A stretch of 63,890 nt of DNA, filler included, from Octopus bimaculoides (Eukaryota), in the NCBI RefSeq assembly GCF_001194135.2. It is 9 parts of 7 records of this genome, joined end to end, with 100 filler letters (N's around TTAATTAATTAA, not from the genome) between each part and the next. Parts side by side here need not be neighbours in the genome. Positions count along the whole stretch, not along the records: positions 9,399 to 33,329 come from NC_068982.1; positions 33,430 to 35,971 come from NC_068990.1; positions 36,072 to 44,076 come from NC_069004.1; 6 more parts are not named here. The stretch is one strand, 5' to 3'. Of this stretch, positions 24,657-36,442 are shown piece after piece. The notes beneath the pieces were generated by a model. It saw only the letters and a list, made by a program, of their open reading frames with translations, made no database searches and was not told the DNA's origin. Numbering within the stretch: position 1 is the first letter of the stretch; every line of letters begins with the position of its first letter. A program made the position numbers and the translations under genes.

Positions 24657-24884
24657 AGGAGCCGAGTTGGCAAACATCCGTTACTGCGCCGAGCAAAATG
24701 CTTGCGGCATTTCGTTCGTCTTAACGTTTTGAGTTCAAATTCTGCCGACATCGACTTTGTCTTTCAACTATTCAGGGTCAATAAAACAAATAGAAGTTGA
24801 GTATTGGTGTCAACGTAATCGACTTGCCCTCCCTCCACCTCACCCCACGGAATTACTGTCTGTGTGCCAAAATTTGAAGCCAAT
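24657..24884 (+). mobile_element. SINE F2, tandem second copy, more diverged
   Basis: gagttcaaattc...tcgactttgtctttc...gtgccaaaatttgaagccaat. Confidence 0.75.
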
Positions 24885-26595
24885 GTTAATACAAAAGCAA
24901 AGAGAAGGACAGTATATTTGAAAGTCGGTATTTGTAATGTATTGATGAATAAATCTGACCATCAGCCGGATGGCTTTTGGCGGATTGAGGGGTTGCATCG
25001 ATCTCGTTTATTTGTTTGTATCAGCACCGTATAAGAGATGCGAATAGTACTCTAATAACGCAAGGTGTTTAAATCTGTCTATTACATACAATGTTGGCTA
25101 AAATCTATAAAAAATTTTGTAGGGCAGCATAGCATTGAGTTATACTTGAACTTTGTAGAATTTTAGTGATGGATAAGGCGAACTGGCAGAGTCCTTATAA
25201 CCTTGCATAATCTATCCGTCTTTCTGAGGTCAATTTCTATTTTGGTTCTTTTGTGGTCGAACATAACGGAATTGTTCAAGTGTCAGGTGAGATGAATGGT
25301 GGTGTTTGTTTCGACTCATTGTATTCATGTTTTAGGATACCTGCTTCATCCTTCTAATCTCGGAATCCCTAAAAGCTTATATAAGGTCATGGGCGTTGTT
25401 CTTCCCTTCAAGAATAATCAGTAAAGCGAAGGAAGTCGAATTATATGTTGGCGGTTCATGTATACAGAGGGCTGGCTACGAGACTGTTGTTTCCCTCTGA
25501 TGTGTAGTGATTGTGACTTGGTGCTTTGAAAGAGAAAACTACGAAATCGAGCAAACAAGCCACAAACTAGCCACTAATACTATCAACATATCAATTCCAG
25601 TTCCTACTTCTGTCTCCCACCACATTCACTGTTGGATATTTGACAGTTACTAACACAATTGACTCTGAACAATAGCCAACATTTCATGTACTTTAGGCTA
25701 CAGAGAGACATTGGACAACGGCCTTGTACAAAGTGGCAGGTAGTTCACCACCAACACCTTTAACTACCCTCTGTATTAACATTACAACTAGTTCCAACAT
25801 CATCTAATATTAGAAACATCAACTACCTAATATTAACAAGCAGCTTAACTTTGCATTGTATAGACTTACTTTTCAAATTCTCAATGGAAGTTAAAAGTGA
25901 CGTGGGACTTCTGCGAATGTCTCAAAATGCATTTGTTCGGGTGGTAATGGAGTTTAAAAGGATAAGGATAGTGAGGTGTTAATATACGCTGTATATTTTG
26001 CATCTATGGATTGACAGTTAGAATCTTGGGTGAAAGTGATGGGTTTTAATTACTGGTGGATTGGTTAGCGGCGAGTTGTTTAAGTTGGTTAAATTGAACA
26101 TTTTAATGGAGTTTTTATTAAATATTTTATAGTACTTATGGTATGTGGGGAAGTGCTTCTTATGTAATTTAAAGAAACTTTGTGATATTAGGAGGATTAA
26201 AAACCAAACAGCGTCTTTTTCTATTTCTATGAATAACGGTTCTTACTGTGTCTTTAATGTGTTCACTTTTTTTTCGGATAACATGTTTCTAGAACGGATG
26301 TCATTCTAATACGTAAAAAATAATATAAAATGTTTTTATTGGTAGAAAATTTTAAAAATTCATGTAAATATTTTGTTCGAGTTATTGAAATGTTTATTGG
26401 GCGGTTAGATTAATTGTGAGTATAGTTTAAACTTTTATTACATATGCAATACGGGTTGTACTTATATTGGAACTTTCTAAGAAATTTACTGTGTGAAGAT
26501 CAATCTCTATAGTAATCAGTAGATTTTGAAGAAGAGGTATATATACGTAGACGTACACACAGAGGCATATATGCATATATACAGACATGTATATA

Positions 26596-26629
<34 letters not shown>

Positions 26630-27160
26630 CATGCGTGCGCGTATGCATGTATGTATCGTATATTGTACATGCATTGCATATGCATACACATGTACCTAGA
26701 AACCTCCAAGAAACTTCTAGTTACTAATGGCTATTCTAATAAGTTACTTCATCCTTAACTCATTCCAGTGTTTGTATGAACGAGGAAAACTGCATTTAAG
26801 TAGAGCTATGGATCACGTTGCTTTGATCGAATACTAGTAGACATGACATACAATTAAAAACAAGTAGTTTGTTAAATAAATAAACAGCCTGATGGTAGGT
26901 ACAGTATACTTTAGTATATATGACACTATCTAAGGAAAATTATTTTTATGCTCTTGGAGTTTCCAGGATGTTAATTAGTATTTCTATTTCTCAGTAGTTA
27001 CTGGATTTTTCGAGTATATAAACAGATTGATTACTTTTCTCTCTAGGATTGGTCAAACTGATGTAAACACTTTTGATGAGAACCAAACTAGGTTCGAAAA
27101 TCGATGCGGACTGTTCCTGATTTATTCAGTCTACGGAGAAATAGTTTGTTTTTATACATA

Positions 27161-27565
27161 CGAAGTCTGTTCAAAATTAAACAAAACATTTCAAAGGTAC
27201 TACTGCAGTGCCTATAAGAAGGAGCAGTTGCTAAATTAGAAATTTAATATCTAATCGTATTTTAGTGTTGTCACAGCATGTATGCTGCGATTGCTCACAG
27301 ATAAAAAGAAAAAGAACTGTGTTATAGTCAGTCAGCGCTGTTTAAAATCATTTGAGTGTAGATACACATTTCCTGAAGAGGGTCATAACAGCTGGTAATG
27401 GTTGCCACTATGACAAAAGATGTACGATAGAGTTCCTTAAATTTGAAGATGAAGATGAAATCGTTTTATATTTTTTTTTGTAGAAGGCTATCGTTCATCG
27501 CGAGTTTGTCTCACGTAGTCAGAAAATCAATGACGATTTTTACTTAGATGTCCTGTGGTGCTAGA
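27161..27565 (+). mobile_element. Degenerate mariner remnant
   Basis: TA|CGAAGTCTGTTCAAAA TIR-like start, FLKRVITAG-like segment, and IVHREFVSRSQKINDDFYLDVL (27490-27555) resembling the mariner IVHxEFxPxGxTVNxxFYxxVL region. Confidence 0.55.
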
Positions 27566-29899
27566 AAGAAGCTAACCAACTTAGAGTATGACTTGAAGAA
27601 ATATACATGTATACACACTCATATATATTTGATGTTAATAATCAAAAGTATAGAAGTATATTCCGAGTTTCTATTTAAATTCACACTATTTCCTTTGCAG
27701 AAAAAAGTTAATTAGTAGTAACCATAGACTTACTCTGCACTACAGAATATATCTATAGATTTCTTTTTAGCTAACACTATGTATTGATAAATGTATAGAA
27801 GTACCGAATGACATTGAAACAAATCAGTTAAAGCACAAATAACTTATGAACCTTAAACTTTTTGTGTGTAACTCTCTTTAATGCTATTTCTTCAACTGGT
27901 AATATTTTCGTTCATTATTATCCATAGAGATTTACATTAATCACATGGACTTCATAGGTGTTTAGGGGAGTCTTCGTAAAAGCTAACCTGCATGTCCAAC
28001 ATTATTTAAGTTTGATGACCTTTATGTAAATTTTGGTTCTAATTAGAAGCTGCACATTTAGTTGCCCGTTCATGTTTGTGGACATTTTATATCTAAATTC
28101 ATCTTAATGTGAGAAAAGCATTCATTGGTTTTTGTATTTATTAACTTGATCGTTTTCTGACGTATTATACGAGTAAAATATAGAAAGAAATAGTTCATTT
28201 TACATTGTAGAAGCTACTGGCAATCGAAAGGAAGACCTTTCAAAAACTATTCAAATGAAATACTTTATCCAAATCTCTGGCTATGAATAATGAATCAGAA
28301 AACACACAAAGGCGGACTTTGAAGTGTTTTCAAGCGTCTAACTATTCTTAACCAAATAATTGAATAGCTAAATGTCACAGCTGGTGTAGCGATTTTGTTT
28401 TGACTGCCTCTTAGAGTAGGCTTGATGTGTTCGAGGTAATTTACCAGAAAATCGCAAAGCAAACGTTAAAGGTATTTTGCCGTTTGGAGTAATGGTCGTT
28501 CTCATGCAGTATCAATGGCTGAGTGAATAGTTCGGCCATGGTTTAATATGGAAGTCATGTGAGTTCAAATTTACAGCAACAAAATGTCTGTAAGGGCAGT
28601 CATACAACTTACTGTAATATTTTTCTTCTTCCACTCATATTGACGTGAATGCATTGGCCATTTATCACCAAAACATTTGCGTATATTACAGGATGGCTCT
28701 ACATACTATTAAAAAGTACTATGAAAAGCAAACAAAGAATGACTAAGTCTCTACAAGGCTCGGTAAGTCCAGTGAAACATTATTGCAAATCGCAAAAATA
28801 TTTATTCACATTTTTATTAGTTTGGATTAACTTAATGTATTTAAAGTAAGCATTATTTTTGAATAACATTATTATTAAGAGATATCAGTGTAAATTATGT
28901 ACATTGCTGACTAATCAATTAGGTATAAAACCACACATTTATAATAGAGGCCAATGTAATTATGACAGTCATGTCTTTCTTAAGATATTCATGAAAGACA
29001 TTCATGTCTTTCTTAAGCGATTTAAACGGTGTGAAATGATACCAAGCGGAAATGGCAATCAGGTTTACATAGTTCGGTCTAAAATGCGATTTCTTCGAGG
29101 ATTATTTGACGAAGAAAAGTTTTTGTCTTCGTTTTACCAACAACAGGTTTTAGATTATTTGAACGCTCACCTCATTATTCTGGGAGGAAGAGGGTACATT
29201 GATTTTAACGGTATACATACATACATACATACATACATACATGCGTGCGTGCATGCGTACATACATATATACAAACACACTCACGCTCGTCCACACATAT
29301 ATTTATAGAAGCTGGTTGTATTGTTTGTATACAAAATAGCTTTTGGGGTAAAAAGAAGAGTTACTCACTATAGTAGTGGTAGTAGTAGGCTCAGTAAGAC
29401 TTTTTAAAAATGCATCCATTCCTTCCCCATCGACTATTTTCAAGCACACAAAAAAGCAGACTAAAAAGCAAAGCACAACAAACAGTCAATGTGAAAACAG
29501 AGTTCTAATCACACAGATGTACACTGGAAAATCAAAAAGCATTAGAAACATCGTTACAAATGAAAAACAAAACAGTATATACAATGCGAACAAAAATAAC
29601 ACAACCACCAAGAATAACATTTCAAGCGTTGTGGGTCATAAATAGTTATTTGATACAATCAGGCGCAAGGTGAATGAAAATGTGTGCATAAGAGATATGG
29701 TATAGACGCTGTCCCTTGGCTTCCTGATATCTATAACGCAGCGGTATGAGAATGGATGGAGCGCAGAAATGACCCGCAAAAACGAGATCAATTGAGATTT
29801 GCATGAATATCCGAATCCTGATGATATCCAATGATCACAATTCTATAATGGAATTATAATCCAACGAGGGAACGGAAATGAGGTCAGATCGATGATGTA

Positions 29900-30040
29900 G
29901 GACAGAAGATCCTGTTGCTACGCAATTGGTCGTAAAGACCACATGAGAGTGTTTTGGTCAGAAGAAACGAAAACAGCTAAACAGAGAGGCGAGTGGAAAA
30001 CATTAAGCAGAGGTGGTGATAACATAGGCCTCTGATGCGA
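29900..30040 (+). mobile_element. Possible Tc1-like transposase fragment
   Basis: KDHMRVFWSEETK...GGDNI resembles the Tc1 W.xVLWSDETK...GGGSIMVW region. Short and degenerate. Confidence 0.3.
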
Positions 30041-31285
30041 AGATCATAGCTGCTGCAACTGTTTTCCTACATAGAAAATAACTCATTATACTGTTAAGAC
30101 CGTGCTTTGTGTTATGTGAATTATTTTTAAATATAAGAAGTTCAGAAGTGAAGTAAATTGATTTGTCCTTATAACTGATTCGTCGTAGAAGAACAAGTCA
30201 AACTTTTCGAGCAGCACTGGCCATTCTAAGTACTATTACTGGGTTCAGTGGATCCTACTATTCACAATTTAAATAGTTTGATCTTTATTAGTGCTGGCTA
30301 TCATATGTAAATTATATCTTTAGATTGGGATCGAATTCACAAGCCTTGATTTTACACAAGTTCTCAGTTTTGTTTTTCTCTGATCACTTATCTCTAAGAC
30401 ATGCGTTTGTCAATTTAAATTATATTTTAAACTAATTTTTAGCAACGGCAACCATACCGAAACGCAAGCTTTCTCTCAAAATGATTAGGTTCTCAGCGTT
30501 ATATATATATCTCTTTTGTTTGTAATAATTATTTTTACTTTTATCTATAATGGAAAGTATATCTCAGAACTGCTTATGTGTTTCTCATTGTACAATCTCT
30601 CATCATATATATTCTACCATTACTGACTCGTTTGTTTTCTCCTGTAAAGAATTTTTCGATGTTCTGGGAATAAAATATTGTTTAGATGTCCTGTTTCCCT
30701 TTGTAATCCTTGCGAAATATGCATGAAATATTATGTAAACAATAAAAAAGTAATTAGAGAAAAAGATAAATTCCAGATGAAAGGGTTGTGCGATCTGATT
30801 TCAACATTCGGTTGAAAGCATTTTGCTTCATAGGCGTAGTTAATATCTATCGAGAAAAACAAAAAATTCGTCTCCCAGGGAACACAAACATAGTGTTTCA
30901 GTAAAAAAGTCTATCATCTACTACAAAATATAGATCTAGAAGATAAAGCCTGATAGTAAAACGGATTCATGGTGTTTTAAACTCATGTTGCATAAACTGG
31001 TATTCAAATCCATATCATTAATAACTGATAGAAGTATGTGTTTTACTTAAGTGTTTACTAGATCCGTTAGTCTGTCTCGTTGACGGGCTACACTATATGC
31101 TTCAAACTATTTAGACACCTAATAGCGAACCAAGTAAAACTTCCAGGGAAGGTATCCCGAAAAGCTAATGTCTTGTCTATGGAAGTATTTGACAATAGCT
31201 GTACAAAAAGCGTTTCCAAAGCCAGATGTGTTAGCCGAGGGACTGTATTTAAATAATATAAGGCAAAATCATGACCTTGATAAAT

Positions 31286-31482
31286 ATTGATTTCAAATTT
31301 TGGCACAAGGCCACCAAGTCCGGAGGAGGGTTTAAGTCGATTACATAGACCTCAGTGCTCAACCCCGAAAGGATGAAAGGCAAAGTCGACCTCGGCAAAA
31401 TTTGAACTCAGAACGTAAAGACGGATGAAATGCCGCTAAGCATTTTGCCCAGTCTGTTAACGATTCTGAAAGCACGTGCCTT
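31286..31482 (-). mobile_element. SINE F2
   Basis: Reverse complement of F2 (ggatgaaaggcaaagtcgacctcggc, tttgaactcagaacgtaaagac, aacgattctg). Confidence 0.85.
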
Positions 31483-32155
31483 GGCCGTGATGCATATTGC
31501 CAAAAGAATACTAGTACATTAAAAGCAACACTGCAAAACATTCCTTTTTTTTCTTCTTTTCATTTGTCTCGAATTCTTTATGAAATGATACATAATAATA
31601 ATAATCAAAAGAAGAATGAGCTGGAGAAGAAGCAGATGAAGGAAGAGTGCGTGTATGATATCAACGTTTAACTGTTATTGTTAAGTTATCATTTAATCCT
31701 TCAAATATACTTGATCCAATAATTGAAATACACCCAAAACATAGAATAATTAAGATCCGCTAATTATTGTATAAAAGAATTTTCACGTGAGTCATTAAAG
31801 TATTATAAATTGTTAGTATACTTTTGTTAATACGACAAGAATACCTACGCTGTGTTAGAAAGTACTTCGGTTGGTGCAAGGTAATTTGGTGTGTAAATGT
31901 GGTTGAGGCGATTTAGTTGGTTGGTTTGGTGCTGCTACTTCAATGCAGCCCATCAGCACCCCATGCTATATTATATATACTGTGTAAATTGTTGCTATAT
32001 TATTGTTAGGTACGATAATTGCACATCAAACGCTAGAGTATTATTGTAGTTCTCATATATTTTCATACTATTCTGGATGGTGTAATTAGAGCTCTGTATT
32101 GTTATATGTAATATGTATATAATTCCTCTTTCTCTATCAATCTCTCTGCGTGTGC

Positions 32156-32222
<67 letters not shown>
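32156..32222. repeat. (GATA)n microsatellite
   Basis: About 16 perfect AGAT units. Confidence 0.95.
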
Positions 32223-32941
32223 CAATAATTTTACGAATGTGCTTCATACATGACACTGAAATATATAAGTGTACACCATTGTTGAAAGCGTATGAACGCG
32301 TTTTTGGACAAATCTGGTATCTAAAGCAGAATTCATTTGTAAACATGAGGTCATGTTAGTACCTAAAAGATATATAAGTATAATTAATTATTTTATAATT
32401 ATTATAATTATTTGTTGTTTTAGCAAAGGTTAGCCTTAATTGATCCGATTTATGGTCAAAAGTGAAACAATGCCTTGGGTCAATCAAAAGCTATAAAAAC
32501 ATCTTTAAAATGATAATTTTAATGAATTTTAATAAAATTGCTGATTTTATTGTACATTTTGAACTTTACTAAAAACCACACTTTTTCTTCTACTCCTCTC
32601 ATTCACTACTATCACCTAATTCTTTAAATCTAGATCGACTTCTTTCTCACATTGGTCATTGTAAGAGAAAATAATGAAAGGAAAAAATAATATAAATGAA
32701 ATTATATATAACTGCGATGATTTAGATATGCTTCGGTCAAAGATTGGCCCAGGACATGTCTAATTTAATAGTATCTCTGAAAGTTTCTGTTAAGTCATTT
32801 TAAAGTCAAATTTTGTGGTATCACGGACCATTCAAGTAGGGAGTTGTTGTTGACTGAAACGTATCCAGGTATAAGTGGCTTATCTTTCCCTTAAAGGAAT
32901 TTGTCCCGGTTTCGTTTGAATGTGATGGGATCTGTTTTCAT

Positions 32942-32991
<50 letters not shown>

Positions 32992-33329
32992 TGCATGCAT
33001 GCATGTATGTATGTATATATGTATGCATGTATGTATGTATGTATGTATGTATGTATGTATGAAAATTACATTAAGCAGAAGATAGTCACATAAGGAAGAC
33101 TATGTATTTATAAAAACAATAAATTACTAAATTACGTGTGATATATAGTGGAGTTGATTCAGATATATATTCCACACCCGTCAAAAGTAGTGACATGGGG
33201 TATAAGAATTAAACTTTGATATATACGTTATCGTTTCTCTTTAACAAATAACATGTAAATAAGGATGGCCGTACGTATCAGGTGAACAAAAAAGTAACAG
33301 AAAACCTAATATATATATATATATATATA

Positions 33330-33429
33330 NNNNNNNNNNNNNNNNNNNNNNNNNNNNNNNNNNNNNNNNNNNNTTAATTAATTAANNNNNNNNNNNNNNN
33401 NNNNNNNNNNNNNNNNNNNNNNNNNNNNN
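33330..33429. other. Artificial scaffold linker (5' boundary of the FoxQ2 contig)
   Basis: N44-TTAATTAATTAA-N44. Confidence 0.95.
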
Positions 33430-33477
<48 letters not shown>

Positions 33478-33810
33478 TTAGGTAGCTATATAATTTCATA
33501 TAATAAATATGCTTACATCTATGCACGCATATGATATTCCTACATAAATACATATATGTAAACATACATGCATATATAACATAACAAGCATACATATTTA
33601 TCTATATAATAAATAGCATTATAAACATGCACAGATATACGTATTAAGAATAAGAATCAGAATAATAATAAGATTAGGAATAAGAAATCAATGGGAACAA
33701 ACAATAAACGAAGAAAACTAATAATAAAAAACACAACGTCATCAATAACAACAATAAATAAAATGTGCGTGAGGATGCTCCACCTTCCTGATATTGTGTG
33801 AATATTCAAA

Positions 33811-33840
33811 TGACTCACTTGTAATCAGCCAATCAGATTG
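33811..33840 (+). promoter_or_regulatory. Candidate proximal promoter elements of the Fox gene (AP-1 site plus CCAAT box)
   Basis: TGACTCA at 33811-33817 and AGCCAATCAG (NF-Y-like) at 33827-33836, 150-180 bp upstream of the first ATG in non-repetitive sequence. TSS unknown; motif match only. Confidence 0.3.
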
Positions 33841-33989
33841 TTCGTTTACAACTTCTCGGCTGCGAGAGCTGATCTGTGTCGTGTGCACGATAGATTTGTA
33901 GTTTATTTCAGCTCTGACTACAGAGAAAAGCAGTAAACTCGTGACAAATACAGGTCGTATTTCTCTGTTGTCCGAGCTAATTGACAAAC

Positions 33990-35393
33990 ATGTGTAGTAA
34001 CAATCCTGGCTCGATGATTCCATATGGCTTGAAGGTTCCTAATTTATCGCCGTACATGCCACTGGGTACAGCACTCACCCAGCTCCCTTTAGATTTCCAC
34101 CGAGCTCAACTGTACGACTATAATGCCCGGCTGCAGTATGGCATCCGCAGCCACCCAACTACGCTAGGGCTGAACCCTTACGCCCACACTATGGACACGC
34201 TCGGTCATCCATACGTATTCAAGCAGGACTTACGAGCTCGTTACATACATGAAGAACCAAAACCGAGTCACAGCTACATCGGACTTATCGCTATGGCAAT
34301 ATTAAATTCCAAAGAAAAGAAGCTTGTTCTAAGTGACATATATCAATGGATATTGGACAATTACCCTTACTTCCGTACTCGCGGACCTGGCTGGAGAAAT
34401 AGCATCCGACACAATTTATCGTTAAATGATTGCTTCATCAAAGCTGGACGCAGTGCCAACGGAAAGGGCCACTACTGGGCCATTCATCCGGCCAATATTG
34501 AAGATTTCAATAAGGGTGATTTTCGTCGCCGACGTGCTCAGAGACGGGTTCGAAAACATATGGGATTGTCTGTACCAGATGATGAGGACAGCCCTAGCCC
34601 GTCTCCGACCAGCGCAGCACCTATCCCCAAATGGCCGGATTCTGCCCCAGTTGTTGGAATCGATGAGACTAAAGAAAGCGCCGACAACGTTGATACTACC
34701 TCACCTGGAAATTTCTCGCCCGTCGTTGGGGACAGCAGTCCCATCGCAGTGACAAGGGAAACGAAATCCTGTTCCCCGGTTACTACGTCAGAGACACCGT
34801 GCGTGAAGAAAAGACTCTTTGATATGGAAAGTTTGCTAGCCCCTGAGACCAAAAGGCGGACTTGTACATCTTTTACAAAAGATGACTTTTCACGAACTGT
34901 TGATATGCCTAGTGATCGCGAAGCGAACAATATCCTAAACAACAACCAGACTAGTCCAGGAAAAGGACCCGACGTACGGGACTTTACAGATAAGATTATA
35001 GGCAAATGCGAACCACAAAACGCAATAATAAGTATAGCTAACAGCCAGCGTCTAAGCGAACTGCACAATGTTGGATTATTGTCTGCGGCCGAAAGTCTAA
35101 AAGCCTCTGCTGAACATATTGGACTTCACTCAAAACTTAGTGGCTGCGGTGGAGGTGATATGCTGACCCCAAAAGCTGAAACGGGATACGTCAGTGCCTT
35201 TCACAGTATGCTACCCTCGACGTGGGGAGCTTTATCCTCTTACGCCTATCCAATAATGGGTGGGAGTCACTATTCAATTACAGTTCCTGTCACCACCTTC
35301 TCGAGTCCGGCGAAGAAGTGGCCTCCAGGTTTTACTGATATCGCACATCATAGACGCCACAGCCCAGAAAAAGAGGTACAGGTGGACGTTTGA
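33990..35393 (+). CDS. FoxQ2: Forkhead-box transcription factor, FoxQ2 class (467 aa from first ATG; single exon), with C-terminal Eh1-like motif
   Basis: Uninterrupted 1.4-kb ORF. The ORF track starts at a TTG at 33981; first ATG is 33990, with further in-frame ATGs at 34014 and 34056, and TGA at 35391-35393. Complete forkhead domain at about 34260-34562: KPSHSYIGLIAMAIL...WRNSIRHNLSLNDCFIKAGRSANGKGHYWAIHPANIEDFNKGDFRRRRAQRRVRKHMG. EEPKPxHSYIGLIAMAI, RGPGWRNSIRHNLSLNDCF and GRSANGKGHYWAIHP match my recollection of FoxQ2 proteins such as Drosophila fd102C. FDMESLL at 34818-34838 is Eh1-like. Being a Fox gene is near certain; the subfamily needs phylogeny. Confidence 0.92.
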   Translation: MCSNNPGSMIPYGLKVPNLSPYMPLGTALTQLPLDFHRAQLYDYNARLQYGIRSHPTTLGLNPYAHTMDTLGHPYVFKQDLRARYIHEEPKPSHSYIGLIAMAILNSKEKKLVLSDIYQWILDNYPYFRTRGPGWRNSIRHNLSLNDCFIKAGRSANGKGHYWAIHPANIEDFNKGDFRRRRAQRRVRKHMGLSVPDDEDSPSPSPTSAAPIPKWPDSAPVVGIDETKESADNVDTTSPGNFSPVVGDSSPIAVTRETKSCSPVTTSETPCVKKRLFDMESLLAPETKRRTCTSFTKDDFSRTVDMPSDREANNILNNNQTSPGKGPDVRDFTDKIIGKCEPQNAIISIANSQRLSELHNVGLLSAAESLKASAEHIGLHSKLSGCGGGDMLTPKAETGYVSAFHSMLPSTWGALSSYAYPIMGGSHYSITVPVTTFSSPAKKWPPGFTDIAHHRRHSPEKEVQVDV

Positions 35394-35544
35394 ACTATAA
35401 TAATAATAATAACACTAATAATGACAATTTAATCATAATAATAACAATAATGAACATAATAATGAAATGATGATAATGATGATTATGACAGCAGTAAAAC
35501 ACTTAAAAAAAAACTGTGACAGTATCAACAAAAAATGCAACAAT

Positions 35545-35781
35545 AATAAACATTATCAAAAACGTAAAAAAAAATATGACAAAACTACATTGTAATAACA
35601 TTGAAGTTTATTTGATAATATATAGAGAGTGTTATGTTACATATTTATTATGTGCGGAGGACGTATAGTGGCAATATCACACAATTATAACCATGTGAGA
35701 TAAAAATGATATTACAAAATGTGATGATAAAAAGTTGATGATAACGACAACAACAACAACAACAATAATAACAAAAATAAA
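35545..35781 (+). terminator. Candidate polyadenylation signals of the Fox gene
   Basis: AATAAA at 35545-35550 and 35776-35781 downstream of the stop. The 3' region is very A-rich, so chance matches are likely. Confidence 0.25.
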
Positions 35782-35971
35782 AGTGGTGATTATAATGATG
35801 ATGATTGATTATAATTATGATGTTGATGAGATATTTCAATATGAGATGGAAGCAAAACAAAAAAAAAAAAGTAAAACAACAAAGTAAAAACAAGTAATCG
35901 TTGATAAAAAATATACTACTGGAAATTGACGCGTCGGCCAGGATGATTTTGGAACCGCTTCTTTCAGGAAT

Positions 35972-36071
35972 NNNNNNNNNNNNNNNNNNNNNNNNNNNNN
36001 NNNNNNNNNNNNNNNTTAATTAATTAANNNNNNNNNNNNNNNNNNNNNNNNNNNNNNNNNNNNNNNNNNNN
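35972..36071. other. Artificial scaffold linker (3' boundary of the FoxQ2 contig)
   Basis: N44-TTAATTAATTAA-N44. Confidence 0.95.
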
Positions 36072-36142
<71 letters not shown>

Positions 36143-36280
36143 ACCGAATAACTGCGTATCTGTTCAAGAAAAACAACCATTAACTGTAAGAGTGCCCCCA
36201 ACATATTTAAGTAGAGTAAAGCGTTCGTTTTCTTTTAAAGAAAAAAGTTAATAGTGACTTCGAAGTTGCTTTGATGACTA

Positions 36281-36400
36281 CCAAATCCACTCACAAGGTT
36301 TTGGTCAGCCCGAGGATATAGTAGAAGACACTTGCTTAGGGTGGCACGCAGTGGGACTGAACTCCGAACCATGTAGTTGGGAAGCGAGTTTCTTACCACC
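36281..36400 (-). mobile_element. SINE F1 left arm
   Basis: ccaaatccactcacaagg...gtagaagacacttgc...gtgggactgaactccgaaccatg...ttcttaccac. Confidence 0.8.
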
Positions 36401-36407
36401 ACCCACC

Positions 36408-36442
<35 letters not shown>

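Noticed and set aside
33981-33989. TTG start used by the ORF track for FoxQ2
   Set aside because: In a eukaryotic gene the in-frame ATG at 33990 (or 34014/34056) is the more likely start.
34426-35068. Alternative-frame ORF 34426-34752 (+) and antisense ORF 34538-35068 (-)
   Set aside because: Shadows of the FoxQ2 coding sequence with no recognisable motifs.
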